Part shown: piece after piece, positions 31,188 to 40,362 of the stretch
How the letters are laid out: each line of letters begins with the position of its first letter
Numbering within the stretch: position 1 is the first letter of the stretch
NCBI GenBank assembly: GCA_965261395.1
Contig: OZ253462.1
Coordinates: 4,416,001 to 4,480,000 of the forward strand
Origin: Candidatus Latescibacterota bacterium
GTDB taxonomy: Bacteria > Latescibacterota > UBA2968 > UBA8231
Reading direction: 5' to 3'
DNA length: 64,000 nucleotides
The notes under the pieces: generated by a model
Seen by the model: only the letters and a program-made list of their open reading frames with translations
What the model was told of the DNA's origin: nothing
Database searches by the model: none
Translations under genes and position numbers: made by a program

Positions 31188-33407
31188 TCAGAAGAATATC
31201 TTGTGCAGCAGGCGCAGATTTCGGCCTGGCTCGGGCAGGATCTCTTTGACGCGGTTGAGGTGGTTGCGATACACCGCGTCGGTGGCGTTTTCCAAGGTCA
31301 GGGCGAAAGTGTGCAGACGTCCCCCCCACTCCGCATAGTACTGACCTGAAAAATCCAGCACTGCGTAGCCCTCCGTAGGCTTTTCAAACTCGCCGATCCG
31401 GTTCTGCTCCGTGGCTAGGCGTAGAGCAATGGTCACACTCAGCGCCTCGGTGGGTTCGCAGGTCAGGCCTAGGTGCCCTTGCAGGGGTGGCAGACGCGGC
31501 AAGGGTTCGTCGTTGAGGTCAATGAGGTGGCCGCGCACATAGCTGAGGGTGCCGGCGGCCTTCCAGTAATCCGCCACGTGCCAATCGAAGGTGACTTCGG
31601 CACCGTGCATAAGGACGTGCTCCCCTACAGTCTGGTAGAGGAAGAGATCGGCGCGCCGCAGACTGCGCTCGCCGCTGTTTTTGGGGAAAATGTACCCGTC
31701 AATGGCGTTGCGGAAGACGGCCAAGTGTACATGGCCTTCTTCGTGGTGGTAGTCGACGAACAGCTCCAGTCCTAAGCCGCGTTCGCTATCGAGGGAACCA
31801 TTCCCCACCTCGTACGAATAGGCGGCCAAATGCGGCCCTTCGGAAAACAGCTCTTCGATACCGGGGGCGCGAAAGGTGCGCATCAAGGTCGTGCCGAGGG
31901 TCAGACCCGAGCTGGCGCGGTAGTGGTTGGACAGGCCGGCGGACATACCGGCAAAGTCGCGCGTCTGGATGCGGCCGACCCGCCGCGAGTCGCGTTCCTC
32001 GTGCGGCTCGATCCGGCGGGCGTCAACGCGCAGGGCCGCGTTGACAGCCCAAGGATCCTTCTCCCACTCTTGATATGTGAACAAAGCACCGGCGTATTCC
32101 TCGGCCGGTGGCGTAAAATTAAGCCCAGCCGCGGCATAGTTGCGGTACTCGTACCACAGACCAATCGCGCCGTTTGCAAAAGGCCCCATGCGATCCAAGT
32201 GAGCCAGAGCGCCGCTGTTGTGCGTGAGCACGCCGAACTCCATTCCCAAGTCGCCACTATCTTCGAATTCTCCGTGCTGATAGCGTGAAAACGAGTGGTG
32301 CAGTTCTAGGCGCTGGAGCCAGTCCGGCCCGGTGAGGATTTCGCCGCGCCCTTCGAGGTGCTGGCGCTGAAGATCAATGGATACACCGTCCGGGTGGCCG
32401 CCCTCTGGGTCGGGGGGAATGCCGTAGTCAGAATCGTACAAACTGCCAGACGCGCCCACGTGCCCCCAAGGGCGCACCAGACTCAGGCCGACCGAAGCAT
32501 TGCCCGTGCGGATGTCCGTATTGGCGAGTACCCCATGCGGCGTGGAAATATCGTCGGCATTGCGCAGACTGCTGTCGAAGCGCAAAGCCAGTGGGCCAAG
32601 CCCCTGTTCGAGGGTCAGGCCGCCGGACAAGCCTCGGTTGACGCTCTCCCCTTGATAGGTCACCGAGCCTCCGAAGCCGTCGGGCCGCTCGGAGGGCACG
32701 TATCCGCGCACCACGTTGACGACCCCGGCCAAGGCATTGGAGCCGTAGAGCAAGGTGCGGGGGCCGCGCACGACCTCAATGCGCTCGGTAGTCATCGGCT
32801 CAATAGCCACGGCGTGGTCTGAGGAGGAGCCGGACAAATCGCCAGTGCGCTCGCCGTCTTCGAGCATCAGCAAGCGGTCGCCCCCTAGCCCGCGCAGCAC
32901 CGGACGCGCGGGCGCAGGTCCCATCGAGCGCTGGGCAATGCCCGGCTCGTAGTCGATGGTCTCGGCAATGGTGCGGCTCAAATTCTGCCGCAGCTTGCTA
33001 CCGCTGAAGACGACTTCGGGGGTTTGCAGTGGAGAAACAGGACTCGTGCGTTCGCCCTCGACGAGAATCCCCTCTACGTGCAGGGACTCGTGGCCGATAA
33101 CCAGATCGACATGGGTGGTATCTCCGGCGACGACCTCGACCACGAAGCGCGCTTCGTGGTAGCCGACGTGTAGGCTTTGCAGGACGTACGCGCCGGGGGG
33201 TACGTTGGCGAAGAAGAAGTGCCCCTCGGCGTCGCTAACCCGCGCCCGTTCAAGCTCCTCGATGACTACGGTAGTCCAACCGACGGGTTGGCCGCTTTCG
33301 GCGTCAACCACATGGCCGGCTAGAGAGCCAGTCTGGTTATCGCTACCGGAGGCGGGTCCTACTGCCAAGCTGACGAGGAAAAGAGACAAGAAAACGCAGA
33401 GGCGCAT
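31188..33407 (-). CDS. TonB-dependent receptor, ZnuD-like metal uptake type
   Basis: Signal peptide, N-terminal carboxypeptidase-regulatory-like domain, RPVLRGLGGDR, SSDHAV, IEVVRGP, ELFSEGPH, C-terminal F. Confidence 0.9.
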   Translation of the reverse strand: MRLCVFLSLFLVSLAVGPASGSDNQTGSLAGHVVDAESGQPVGWTTVVIEELERARVSDAEGHFFFANVPPGAYVLQSLHVGYHEARFVVEVVAGDTTHVDLVIGHESLHVEGILVEGERTSPVSPLQTPEVVFSGSKLRQNLSRTIAETIDYEPGIAQRSMGPAPARPVLRGLGGDRLLMLEDGERTGDLSGSSSDHAVAIEPMTTERIEVVRGPRTLLYGSNALAGVVNVVRGYVPSERPDGFGGSVTYQGESVNRGLSGGLTLEQGLGPLALRFDSSLRNADDISTPHGVLANTDIRTGNASVGLSLVRPWGHVGASGSLYDSDYGIPPDPEGGHPDGVSIDLQRQHLEGRGEILTGPDWLQRLELHHSFSRYQHGEFEDSGDLGMEFGVLTHNSGALAHLDRMGPFANGAIGLWYEYRNYAAAGLNFTPPAEEYAGALFTYQEWEKDPWAVNAALRVDARRIEPHEERDSRRVGRIQTRDFAGMSAGLSNHYRASSGLTLGTTLMRTFRAPGIEELFSEGPHLAAYSYEVGNGSLDSERGLGLELFVDYHHEEGHVHLAVFRNAIDGYIFPKNSGERSLRRADLFLYQTVGEHVLMHGAEVTFDWHVADYWKAAGTLSYVRGHLIDLNDEPLPRLPPLQGHLGLTCEPTEALSVTIALRLATEQNRIGEFEKPTEGYAVLDFSGQYYAEWGGRLHTFALTLENATDAVYRNHLNRVKEILPEPGRNLRLLHKIFF

Positions 33408-33409
33408 CC

Positions 33410-33913
33410 CTAGCCTTCCTCATCGGCGTGGGAGTCCTCAGAGCCTGGACCGCCTTCTTCGACGTGGATTTCGATTTCCTTAGAGACGAAATCGGCGTGG
33501 CCTTCGTGGCTGATTTTGATGACGATGGTAGTCTGGCCTTCCTCTAAGCCGACGATGTGAAACGCCCAAGCACCGTCTTCTTCGTGATGCTCGACTTCGG
33601 CAATGCTCTCGTCGGCAATTTCCCAGTCGAGAGCGAAGCCTTCGTCTTCGTCCGGGGTGAAGAGGTCGCCATCTTCGGCGATAAAGCGCACGGACAGCAG
33701 GGCCGTTTCCAGGCCGTGGCCCACTGTAATTTCGCCTTCGACCTCGCCGTTTTCGTAGCGGACGATCTCCTCGCCGCTGCTGCGAACAATTAGGCCGATG
33801 GCCTCGGCGTGTTCTTCGTCGTGCTCGCCATCGACGGGGTTATCGTCGTCGCCGCAGCTAGCAATGAAGAGGACCAGGGCGAAGATGCTCAACGCGGATA
33901 TGCTTTTAAACAT
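33410..33913 (-). CDS. His/acid-rich lipoprotein
   Basis: Start MFKSIS after GGAG; lipobox IASC; EHDEEHAE, EHHEE, HEGHADF. Confidence 0.8.
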   Translation of the reverse strand: MFKSISALSIFALVLFIASCGDDDNPVDGEHDEEHAEAIGLIVRSSGEEIVRYENGEVEGEITVGHGLETALLSVRFIAEDGDLFTPDEDEGFALDWEIADESIAEVEHHEEDGAWAFHIVGLEEGQTTIVIKISHEGHADFVSKEIEIHVEEGGPGSEDSHADEEG

Positions 33914-34058
33914 GGTGCTAGTCTCCAATGGTTTGACCGTCCACACGCATTCCCCTAGGCGTTGCGCACAAGACGGGAATTTAATGGTACGCGAAAGATG
34001 GATATGGAGAGGGGCACCCACGCACTAAGCAGCTTACAAGCGTGGATGCACTAGCACC
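33914..34058 (-). promoter_or_regulatory. Structured intercistronic RNA sequestering the lipoprotein start region
   Basis: mRNA GGUGCUAGU (34058-34050) is complementary to ACUAGCACC (33922-33914); internal hairpin GCAUCCACGC/GCGUGGGUGC; CUCCA anti-SD. Confidence 0.65.
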
Positions 34059-34365
34059 GGGGCGGGCCTCGGTTGAGATGGGTAAAGCGAGGAGAAAAAA
34101 GGGGTAACGGTACTGTGCGCAGAGCGGACGGACTTGGCTCAGAGGCATTCAGCGCCACGAGCACGAGCGCCAAGCCCCCAAAAAGGAGCGATAGACCGCT
34201 CTGCAACAGGTAGGCCGGGCAGTGCTCAGGCTCGACGAGGCTCTCGTGGAAAAGCTGGTGGCTGAAGGGCAGGCCGCATAAAACAGCCACAAAGAGCACT
34301 GTCAGCGCCAGCAGGGCCAGCGAGTACACCGAGCCTATCGGGATGTCCGTTTTGCGCGTTAGCAT
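34051..34365 (-). CDS. DUF2946-like leader peptide with C-terminal RGPP motif
   Basis: Two hydrophobic segments flanking SHQLFH...EHCP; ends LNRGPPRC; upstream of lipoprotein and TonB receptor. Confidence 0.72.
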   Translation of the reverse strand: MLTRKTDIPIGSVYSLALLALTVLFVAVLCGLPFSHQLFHESLVEPEHCPAYLLQSGLSLLFGGLALVLVALNASEPSPSALRTVPLPLFSPRFTHLNRGPPRC

Positions 34366-34378
34366 GACCTTGGATTTT

Positions 34379-34406
34379 AGTATAGCGGTCCCCCTACAAA
34401 AAGCAA
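34379..34406 (-). promoter_or_regulatory. sigma70-type promoter of the leader-lipoprotein-TBDR operon
   Basis: TTGCTT-16nt-TATACT on the minus strand. Confidence 0.5.
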
Positions 34407-34603
34407 ATTCAAAAACTCGGGCGGTAGAGGCCTAGCGGAAGAGCGACTGCCGGGGTTTATAAGCAATGCCTATTTTCTTTATTATAGTCCAGCATCGTCT
34501 GCCATGCTTTGAGGAAAACTCTTTTTTCACCCATTGGGCAAAGCGATCCTGCAAGGTCGAACCGGACGCATAACTCTAAAGCCCTATTGGTAAGGGAGTA
34601 TCC

Positions 34604-35896
34604 ATGTTTGCTGCTAAATCATCTAGCAGGTACGTCTTCCCATTCTTGCTACTGGCCCTTTCAGCAGGGCTAATTCCTCTGGAACGCGCACACGCCGAGG
34701 GTATGTCGCGGATCAATGCTATCCGCTTGGTCGTCGAGCGCAATCCGGCCGTGGAAGCCGCCCGCAATGTCTATGAAGCCGCCCGCGCCCAAGCACAGCA
34801 GGCCGGTGCCCTACCCGATCCAGAGCTAGAGGTGGAGTTCGCAGAGGTCCCCGAGCTGGGCAGCTTGAGTGAGTATGGCGAGCGCACGATCGAACTCAGC
34901 CAACGGGTTGAATTGCCGCTGAAGTGGTGGCACCGCCTCCAAGCCGGTCGCCAGCAAGCCGAAGCGACTCGTCTCGCCGTCTTCGAGATGACCAAGCTCG
35001 ATATAACTCTCCAAGCAAAGCAGGCTTACGACCGCATCGCCCTGCAAAAGTCCCTTCTCCAGCACGCCCAGCAAGACCTCGACTTAGCGCAGAATATCCT
35101 GCGCCAAGCCGACATTCGTTTCGAAGCGGGCGATGTGCCCCAATTGGATGTCATGCGGGCCAGCGTCGAAGTCGGCCGAGCTACCAATCGCTTGACTGCG
35201 GCGAAAAACGATCTATCCGTGGCCAAGACCTCGCTCAATGCTCTCCTAGCCCGGCCGCTGCAAACTCCATTCGCGCTAGCTGACAGTTTGGTCTATCGGC
35301 CCGTTGAGACTCACCTCGACCAATTGACCGCAGCAGCCCTAAAGCAACGGCCCGATTTGGCGGGAACCGAACTGCAGCTAAAAGCCCTACAGAGCCAGCA
35401 GGCGGCAGCAACGGCGGCCTATTGGCCGGATCTGAATGTGGGTTTGAGTCGCCAACAGCGGCATGAAGGTGGAGGCCACGAGGAAAATTCCTGGCAGGTG
35501 CGTTTCGGCATAGAGATACCGCTGTGGGCCTTTTCCCGCCAGCGCAGTGAACGCGCCGAAGCCAAGGCCGAAGTAGCCAAAGTCGTAGCCGAACGCGATG
35601 TGGTGCGCTATCAAGTCCTTTTGGAAACAGAACAGGCCTATCTGGACCTCAATACCGCCGAAGAACAAGTGGCCTTGTTCCAAGACCAAATTCTACCCGA
35701 GGCAGAACGGGCATTCGAGGTGGCCGGCCGCAGCTACGACGAAGGCAAATTGACCTATCTGGAACTGCTCGAAGCCCAGCGCACTTGGATCGAGACGCAG
35801 ATAGAATACGCCCAGGTCCTGTTCAAGTATCGCGCGGCCACGGCTGCGTTGGAACGGGCCATTGCTGGTCCCCTGTCCGCTAATTCTGGAGAATGA
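34604..35896 (+). CDS. czcC: Heavy-metal efflux outer membrane factor (TolC family)
   Basis: ALPDPEL, RFEAGDVPQLDV, SYDEGKLTYLELLEAQR; heads a CBA operon. Confidence 0.85.
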   Translation: MFAAKSSSRYVFPFLLLALSAGLIPLERAHAEGMSRINAIRLVVERNPAVEAARNVYEAARAQAQQAGALPDPELEVEFAEVPELGSLSEYGERTIELSQRVELPLKWWHRLQAGRQQAEATRLAVFEMTKLDITLQAKQAYDRIALQKSLLQHAQQDLDLAQNILRQADIRFEAGDVPQLDVMRASVEVGRATNRLTAAKNDLSVAKTSLNALLARPLQTPFALADSLVYRPVETHLDQLTAAALKQRPDLAGTELQLKALQSQQAAATAAYWPDLNVGLSRQQRHEGGGHEENSWQVRFGIEIPLWAFSRQRSERAEAKAEVAKVVAERDVVRYQVLLETEQAYLDLNTAEEQVALFQDQILPEAERAFEVAGRSYDEGKLTYLELLEAQRTWIETQIEYAQVLFKYRAATAALERAIAGPLSANSGE

Positions 35897-37086
35897 AAAT
35901 GCGTATCTACACGACGAGCTTGGGAATTATTGGTCTGCTGACAGCTCTCTTCGCGCTAGGAGATAGTGCGGACTTTTCTTTTTGGAACCAGCCGGTTTGG
36001 GCTGCCGAGGAGGATCACGAGGAGGAGGAAGGGCTACAGTTGAGCACGGCGGAACGGACTGAATTTGGCATCGAGGTCGCCCAAGCGGCTGCGGGCCAGT
36101 TGGCAATTCAGGTGCATACGCCTGGAGAGGTGCAGGTCAATCCCGATTTGCTGGCTCACATCGTGCCTCGCGTAGCGGGAGTGGCTCGCCAGATCCACGC
36201 CAATATCGGCGATCAAGTTCAGCAAGACCAAGTGCTGGCCGTTTTGGAAAGCCAAGAGCTGTCCGAACTGATATCGGCCTATTTAGTAGCCCAGGAGCGT
36301 TTGGAACTGGCCCAGGCAACCTTTGACCGAGAAGAAACGCTGTGGAACCAATCCATCTCTTCGGAGCGGGTTTTTCTCGAGGCCAAAACCAAGCTGGCCG
36401 AAGCGCGTATTGACCTGCGAGTAGCCAAACAAAAACTCCTCGCGCTGGGCTTTGCGGCCGCCTATCTCGAAAAGCTGTCCTTCGACAACGACAATCGCTT
36501 TACCCGCTACGAAATAAGGGCCCCCTTCACCGGGACCATCATCTACAAACACATAACCCAAGGCGAAGTGCTCAAGGACGATTCCGAAGCCTTCGTGGTG
36601 GCCGATCTGCGTTCAGTTTGGGTCTTATTGACGGCTTATCAGAAAGACTTGCCCTTCCTGCGCATCGGCCAACCCGTCCACATCAAAGCCAGTCAAGGCG
36701 GCCCTGAGACCACGGGGACCGTAGACTATATCAGCCCCATCATAAGCGAGGCGCTGCGGACGGCTTCGATCCGCGTGGAGCTCTCCAACCCGGACGGCCA
36801 ATGGCGGCCCGGCTCCTTTGTCACGGCCACGATCGATGTAGAGGGCGTCGCTGTGCCTCTCTTGGTGCCCCGATCGGCTATCCAGATGGTGGATGACCAC
36901 TCCGTCGTCTTCATGGAGACCGACGAGGGATTTGTGCCCCAGCCCGTCCAGATCGGCCGCACCAACCCCACTCATGCCGAGATTCTCTCCGGGTTAGAGG
37001 TGGGACAGCCTTACGTCGCCCAAGGGGCCTTCATCCTGAAAGCCCAGTTGGCCAAAGGCGCTTTCGGGGATGGCCACGCCCATTAA
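35893..37086 (+). CDS. czcB: Heavy-metal RND membrane fusion protein
   Basis: IRAPFTG, VADLRSVWV, NPDGQWRPG; C-terminal HAH. Confidence 0.88.
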   Translation: MKMRIYTTSLGIIGLLTALFALGDSADFSFWNQPVWAAEEDHEEEEGLQLSTAERTEFGIEVAQAAAGQLAIQVHTPGEVQVNPDLLAHIVPRVAGVARQIHANIGDQVQQDQVLAVLESQELSELISAYLVAQERLELAQATFDREETLWNQSISSERVFLEAKTKLAEARIDLRVAKQKLLALGFAAAYLEKLSFDNDNRFTRYEIRAPFTGTIIYKHITQGEVLKDDSEAFVVADLRSVWVLLTAYQKDLPFLRIGQPVHIKASQGGPETTGTVDYISPIISEALRTASIRVELSNPDGQWRPGSFVTATIDVEGVAVPLLVPRSAIQMVDDHSVVFMETDEGFVPQPVQIGRTNPTHAEILSGLEVGQPYVAQGAFILKAQLAKGAFGDGHAH

Positions 37087-37107
37087 CCAGCGGAGAGGAT
37101 AGACCTG

Positions 37108-40100
37108 ATGATTGACCGCATTATTCAGCTAGCGTTGAACAACCGGTTGCTCATGCTGGTTTTGGGAGCAGTGGTCGTGGTGAGTGGTTATTACAGCTAT
37201 CGGCAGTTGCCCGTCGATGCCTTTCCCGATGTCTCGCCCAACCTAGTCCAGGTATTCACCGTCACCGAGGGCTTGGCTCCCGAAGAAATCGAAACCTACG
37301 TCACCTATCCCATCGAGACGGTGATGAACGGCCTGCCGAGCATCGAGAACATCCGCTCCGTGTCCAACTTCGGCCTCTCGGTCGTCAATATCTACTTTGC
37401 AGACGGAATAGACATCTACTTTGCCCGCCAGTTGGTCAACGAACGACTCCAAGAGGCCCGGGAACAGATCCCGGAGGGCTTTGGCGAACCCGCGCTGGGG
37501 CCGATTTCGACCGGCATGGGCTTGGTGCTGTTCTACTATCTCGAAGACACCACCGGCGAGCACTCGCTCGAAGAGCTGCGCACCATCCAGGATTGGTTGG
37601 TCAAATTCCACCTGCAAACCGTGCCTGGGGTCACCGAGATTTTGGGCATCGGCGGCTATGAGAAACAGTTCCACGTCGTGGTCGATCCCCACGCCTTGCT
37701 GCGCTACGGGGTGACGCTGCACAATGTCATCGAACAGATTGAAGCCAACAATCTCAACGTCGGTGCCCAGTTCATTGAAAAGGACGCCGAGGAATACGTC
37801 GTGCGCTCAGTGGGTCTGGCCTCTACGGTCGAGGATATCGAAAACATCGTCATCAAGGCCGGTGGCGGAACGCCCATCTTTCTCAACCAAGTAGCCGAGG
37901 TGGACATTGGCGGGGCCATCCGGCGCGGCGTGCAGACTCGCAACGGCGTGGAAGAAGTAGTGGCCGGCATGGTGATAAAGCTCTTCGGCACCAATTCCTC
38001 GACCGTGATCGAGCGGGTTGAAGCCAAGATGGAAGAGCTCAATCGCATCTTGCCCGCCGGGGTGCGCCTAGTACCCTACTACGAGCAAAAGACCTTGGTG
38101 GCGGCCTGCGTGGCCACGGTCACCAATGCCTTGATTCAGGGCATTGTCCTAGTCACACTCGTGTTGGTCCTCTTCATGGGTAGCGTCCGACCCAGCCTAG
38201 TAGTAGCCCTGTCCATTCCCTTTTCAGTGCTGTTTGCTACCCTCGGCATGCACTACTTCGGCCTCTCGGCCAACCTCATGTCCCTCGGCGGCTTGGCCAT
38301 CGCCATCGGCATGATGGTGGACGGCACCATTGTCGTGGTCGAAAACGTGGACCGCATCCTGCGCCAAGCCGAACCGGACGAGGGACGCATCCAGGTCGTA
38401 GCCCGCGCCTGCGTGGAAGTCGGCCGTCCCATCGTCTTCGCCATCGCCATCATCATTCTCGTATTCCTCCCCTTGTTTACCCTGCAAGGGGTAGAGGGCA
38501 AAACCTTCCGCCCTCTAGCCTACACTGTGGCCATGGCCATGTTGGGCTCGTTGATTTTTGCCCTGTTCCTGGCCCCGGTGTTGTCGAACCTGCTGCTGCG
38601 GGCACCAAAATCCGGGCGCGAAGGCACCCAAGCCAGCGAAGGCTGGATGATGCGTCGCTTGGTGGCCGCGTATCGACCCATTGTCACTCGCTTCGTCGCC
38701 CACCGCTTTTGGGCACTCGGCTCAGCGGGCATCCTCCTGCTCATCGGGCTGGTGATTTTTCCGCGCCTCGGATCGGAGTTTACCCCGGCCCTGCAGGAAG
38801 GCACCCTAGTCCTGCGGCTGACCATGGCCCCCTCCATCTCGCTCAAGGAAAGCACCCGCCTCACCATGCTAGTCGAGCGCCGTCTATTGCAGATCCCCGA
38901 AGTTACCGGCGCGGTTTCGCGCATCGGTCGCGGCGAAGTCGGCGCTCATACCGACCCCATCAACAACGCCGAGATGTTTCTCCTGCTCAAGCATAGGGAC
39001 CAGTGGCGCACGGCCCGCGACCAAGAAGAGTTGCGCGAGATCATTCGCGCCGAGTTGGGGGAAATTCCCGGTGTGCTGACCAACTTCACCCAACCCATTG
39101 CCATGACTGTGGATGAATTGCTCGAAGGGGTGCGGGCCGAACTGGCGGTCAAGCTCTTTGGGGATGATCTGGACGTGTTAAAACAGAAGGCCGACGAAAT
39201 CGCCCAAGTGGTCAACGCGGTTGCTGGGGCGGCCGATGTCCAAGTGGACCAAATAAGCGGCACGCCCCAGCTACTCATCCGGGTGGACCGACAGGCCATT
39301 GCCCGCTACGGCGTCAATGTGGCCGATGTGCAAAAGGTGGTGCAGGCAGCCGTGGGCGGCGAGACGGTGGGACAAGTGTTTGAAGGAACGCGCCGCTTCG
39401 ACATTGTGGTGCGCTTCGCCCCGCAATTTCGCAGCAGCCCCGAGGCCATTGCCCAAATTTTGGTCCAGTCCCCCAAGGGCGTCCAGCTCCCGCTGGTTCA
39501 GCTAGCCCAGATCGAAGAAGTGGTCGGGCCGCGCCAAATCACCCGCGAAAAGAGCCAGCGCTTCATCACGGTTCAGTGCAATGTCACCGACCGGGATATT
39601 GGCTCCTTTGTCGCGGACGCGCAAAAGGCCATTGCAGACCAAGTGGACCTGCCGCCGGGTTATCTGGTGACCTGGGGCGGCCAGTTCCGCCTGCAGCAAG
39701 AAGCCAACAAGCGGCTGGCCATCGTCGTGCCCATTACCCTCTTCGTGCTCTTCTTGCTGTTGTTTTCCAGCTTCAATTCGCTTAAAAACGCGACCCTTAT
39801 CTTGCTCAATATCCCGCTGGCGCTGGTGGGCGGAGTGGTGGCTTTGTGGCTGACCGGACAAAACCTGTCCGTGCCGTCCTCGGTCGGTTTCATCGCTCTG
39901 TTCGGCATTGCCCTGGAAAACAGCATGGTGCTGGTGACCTACTTCAACCAGCTCGTCCGCGATGGCGTGGACCTCGATGAAGCTTCCATCCAAGGGGCCT
40001 GTCTGCGGGTGCGGCCGGTGCTGATGACCGCCCTGACGACGGCCCTTGGGCTGCTTCCGCTGCTGTTTTCCAGCGGCACCGGCAGCGAAGTACAACGACC

Positions 40101-40248
40101 GCTAGCTACGGTAGTCGTCGGAGGCTTGGTCAGCTCCACCGTGTTGACTTTGCTGGTACTGCCGGCGCTCTACAAGTGGTTTGCTGTGCAACTGAATCAC
40201 GGAGAAGCAGAAGCGCTATTGGCGGAACGGGAAGAAGTGACCTTCTAA
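37108..40248 (+). CDS. czcA: CusA/CzcA heavy-metal RND pump
   Basis: LPVDAFPD, NLMSLGGLAIAIGMMVDG..VVVEN, RVRPVLMT, GSEVQRPLA. Confidence 0.92.
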   Translation: MIDRIIQLALNNRLLMLVLGAVVVVSGYYSYRQLPVDAFPDVSPNLVQVFTVTEGLAPEEIETYVTYPIETVMNGLPSIENIRSVSNFGLSVVNIYFADGIDIYFARQLVNERLQEAREQIPEGFGEPALGPISTGMGLVLFYYLEDTTGEHSLEELRTIQDWLVKFHLQTVPGVTEILGIGGYEKQFHVVVDPHALLRYGVTLHNVIEQIEANNLNVGAQFIEKDAEEYVVRSVGLASTVEDIENIVIKAGGGTPIFLNQVAEVDIGGAIRRGVQTRNGVEEVVAGMVIKLFGTNSSTVIERVEAKMEELNRILPAGVRLVPYYEQKTLVAACVATVTNALIQGIVLVTLVLVLFMGSVRPSLVVALSIPFSVLFATLGMHYFGLSANLMSLGGLAIAIGMMVDGTIVVVENVDRILRQAEPDEGRIQVVARACVEVGRPIVFAIAIIILVFLPLFTLQGVEGKTFRPLAYTVAMAMLGSLIFALFLAPVLSNLLLRAPKSGREGTQASEGWMMRRLVAAYRPIVTRFVAHRFWALGSAGILLLIGLVIFPRLGSEFTPALQEGTLVLRLTMAPSISLKESTRLTMLVERRLLQIPEVTGAVSRIGRGEVGAHTDPINNAEMFLLLKHRDQWRTARDQEELREIIRAELGEIPGVLTNFTQPIAMTVDELLEGVRAELAVKLFGDDLDVLKQKADEIAQVVNAVAGAADVQVDQISGTPQLLIRVDRQAIARYGVNVADVQKVVQAAVGGETVGQVFEGTRRFDIVVRFAPQFRSSPEAIAQILVQSPKGVQLPLVQLAQIEEVVGPRQITREKSQRFITVQCNVTDRDIGSFVADAQKAIADQVDLPPGYLVTWGGQFRLQQEANKRLAIVVPITLFVLFLLLFSSFNSLKNATLILLNIPLALVGGVVALWLTGQNLSVPSSVGFIALFGIALENSMVLVTYFNQLVRDGVDLDEASIQGACLRVRPVLMTALTTALGLLPLLFSSGTGSEVQRPLATVVVGGLVSSTVLTLLVLPALYKWFAVQLNHGEAEALLAEREEVTF

Positions 40249-40362
40249 TCAGGGCGTCTCGACCAAAATTTCGGCCCAGCGCCGTCTATAGCCTTATTCT
40301 TATATTTATAGCATTATAAGAGTCTTGTCGCCTTATCCCAATGATGCCCAGGAGGCTATTGA

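Noticed and set aside
34366-34603. Zur/Fur box between the divergent metal operons
   Set aside because: No convincing palindrome found by eye
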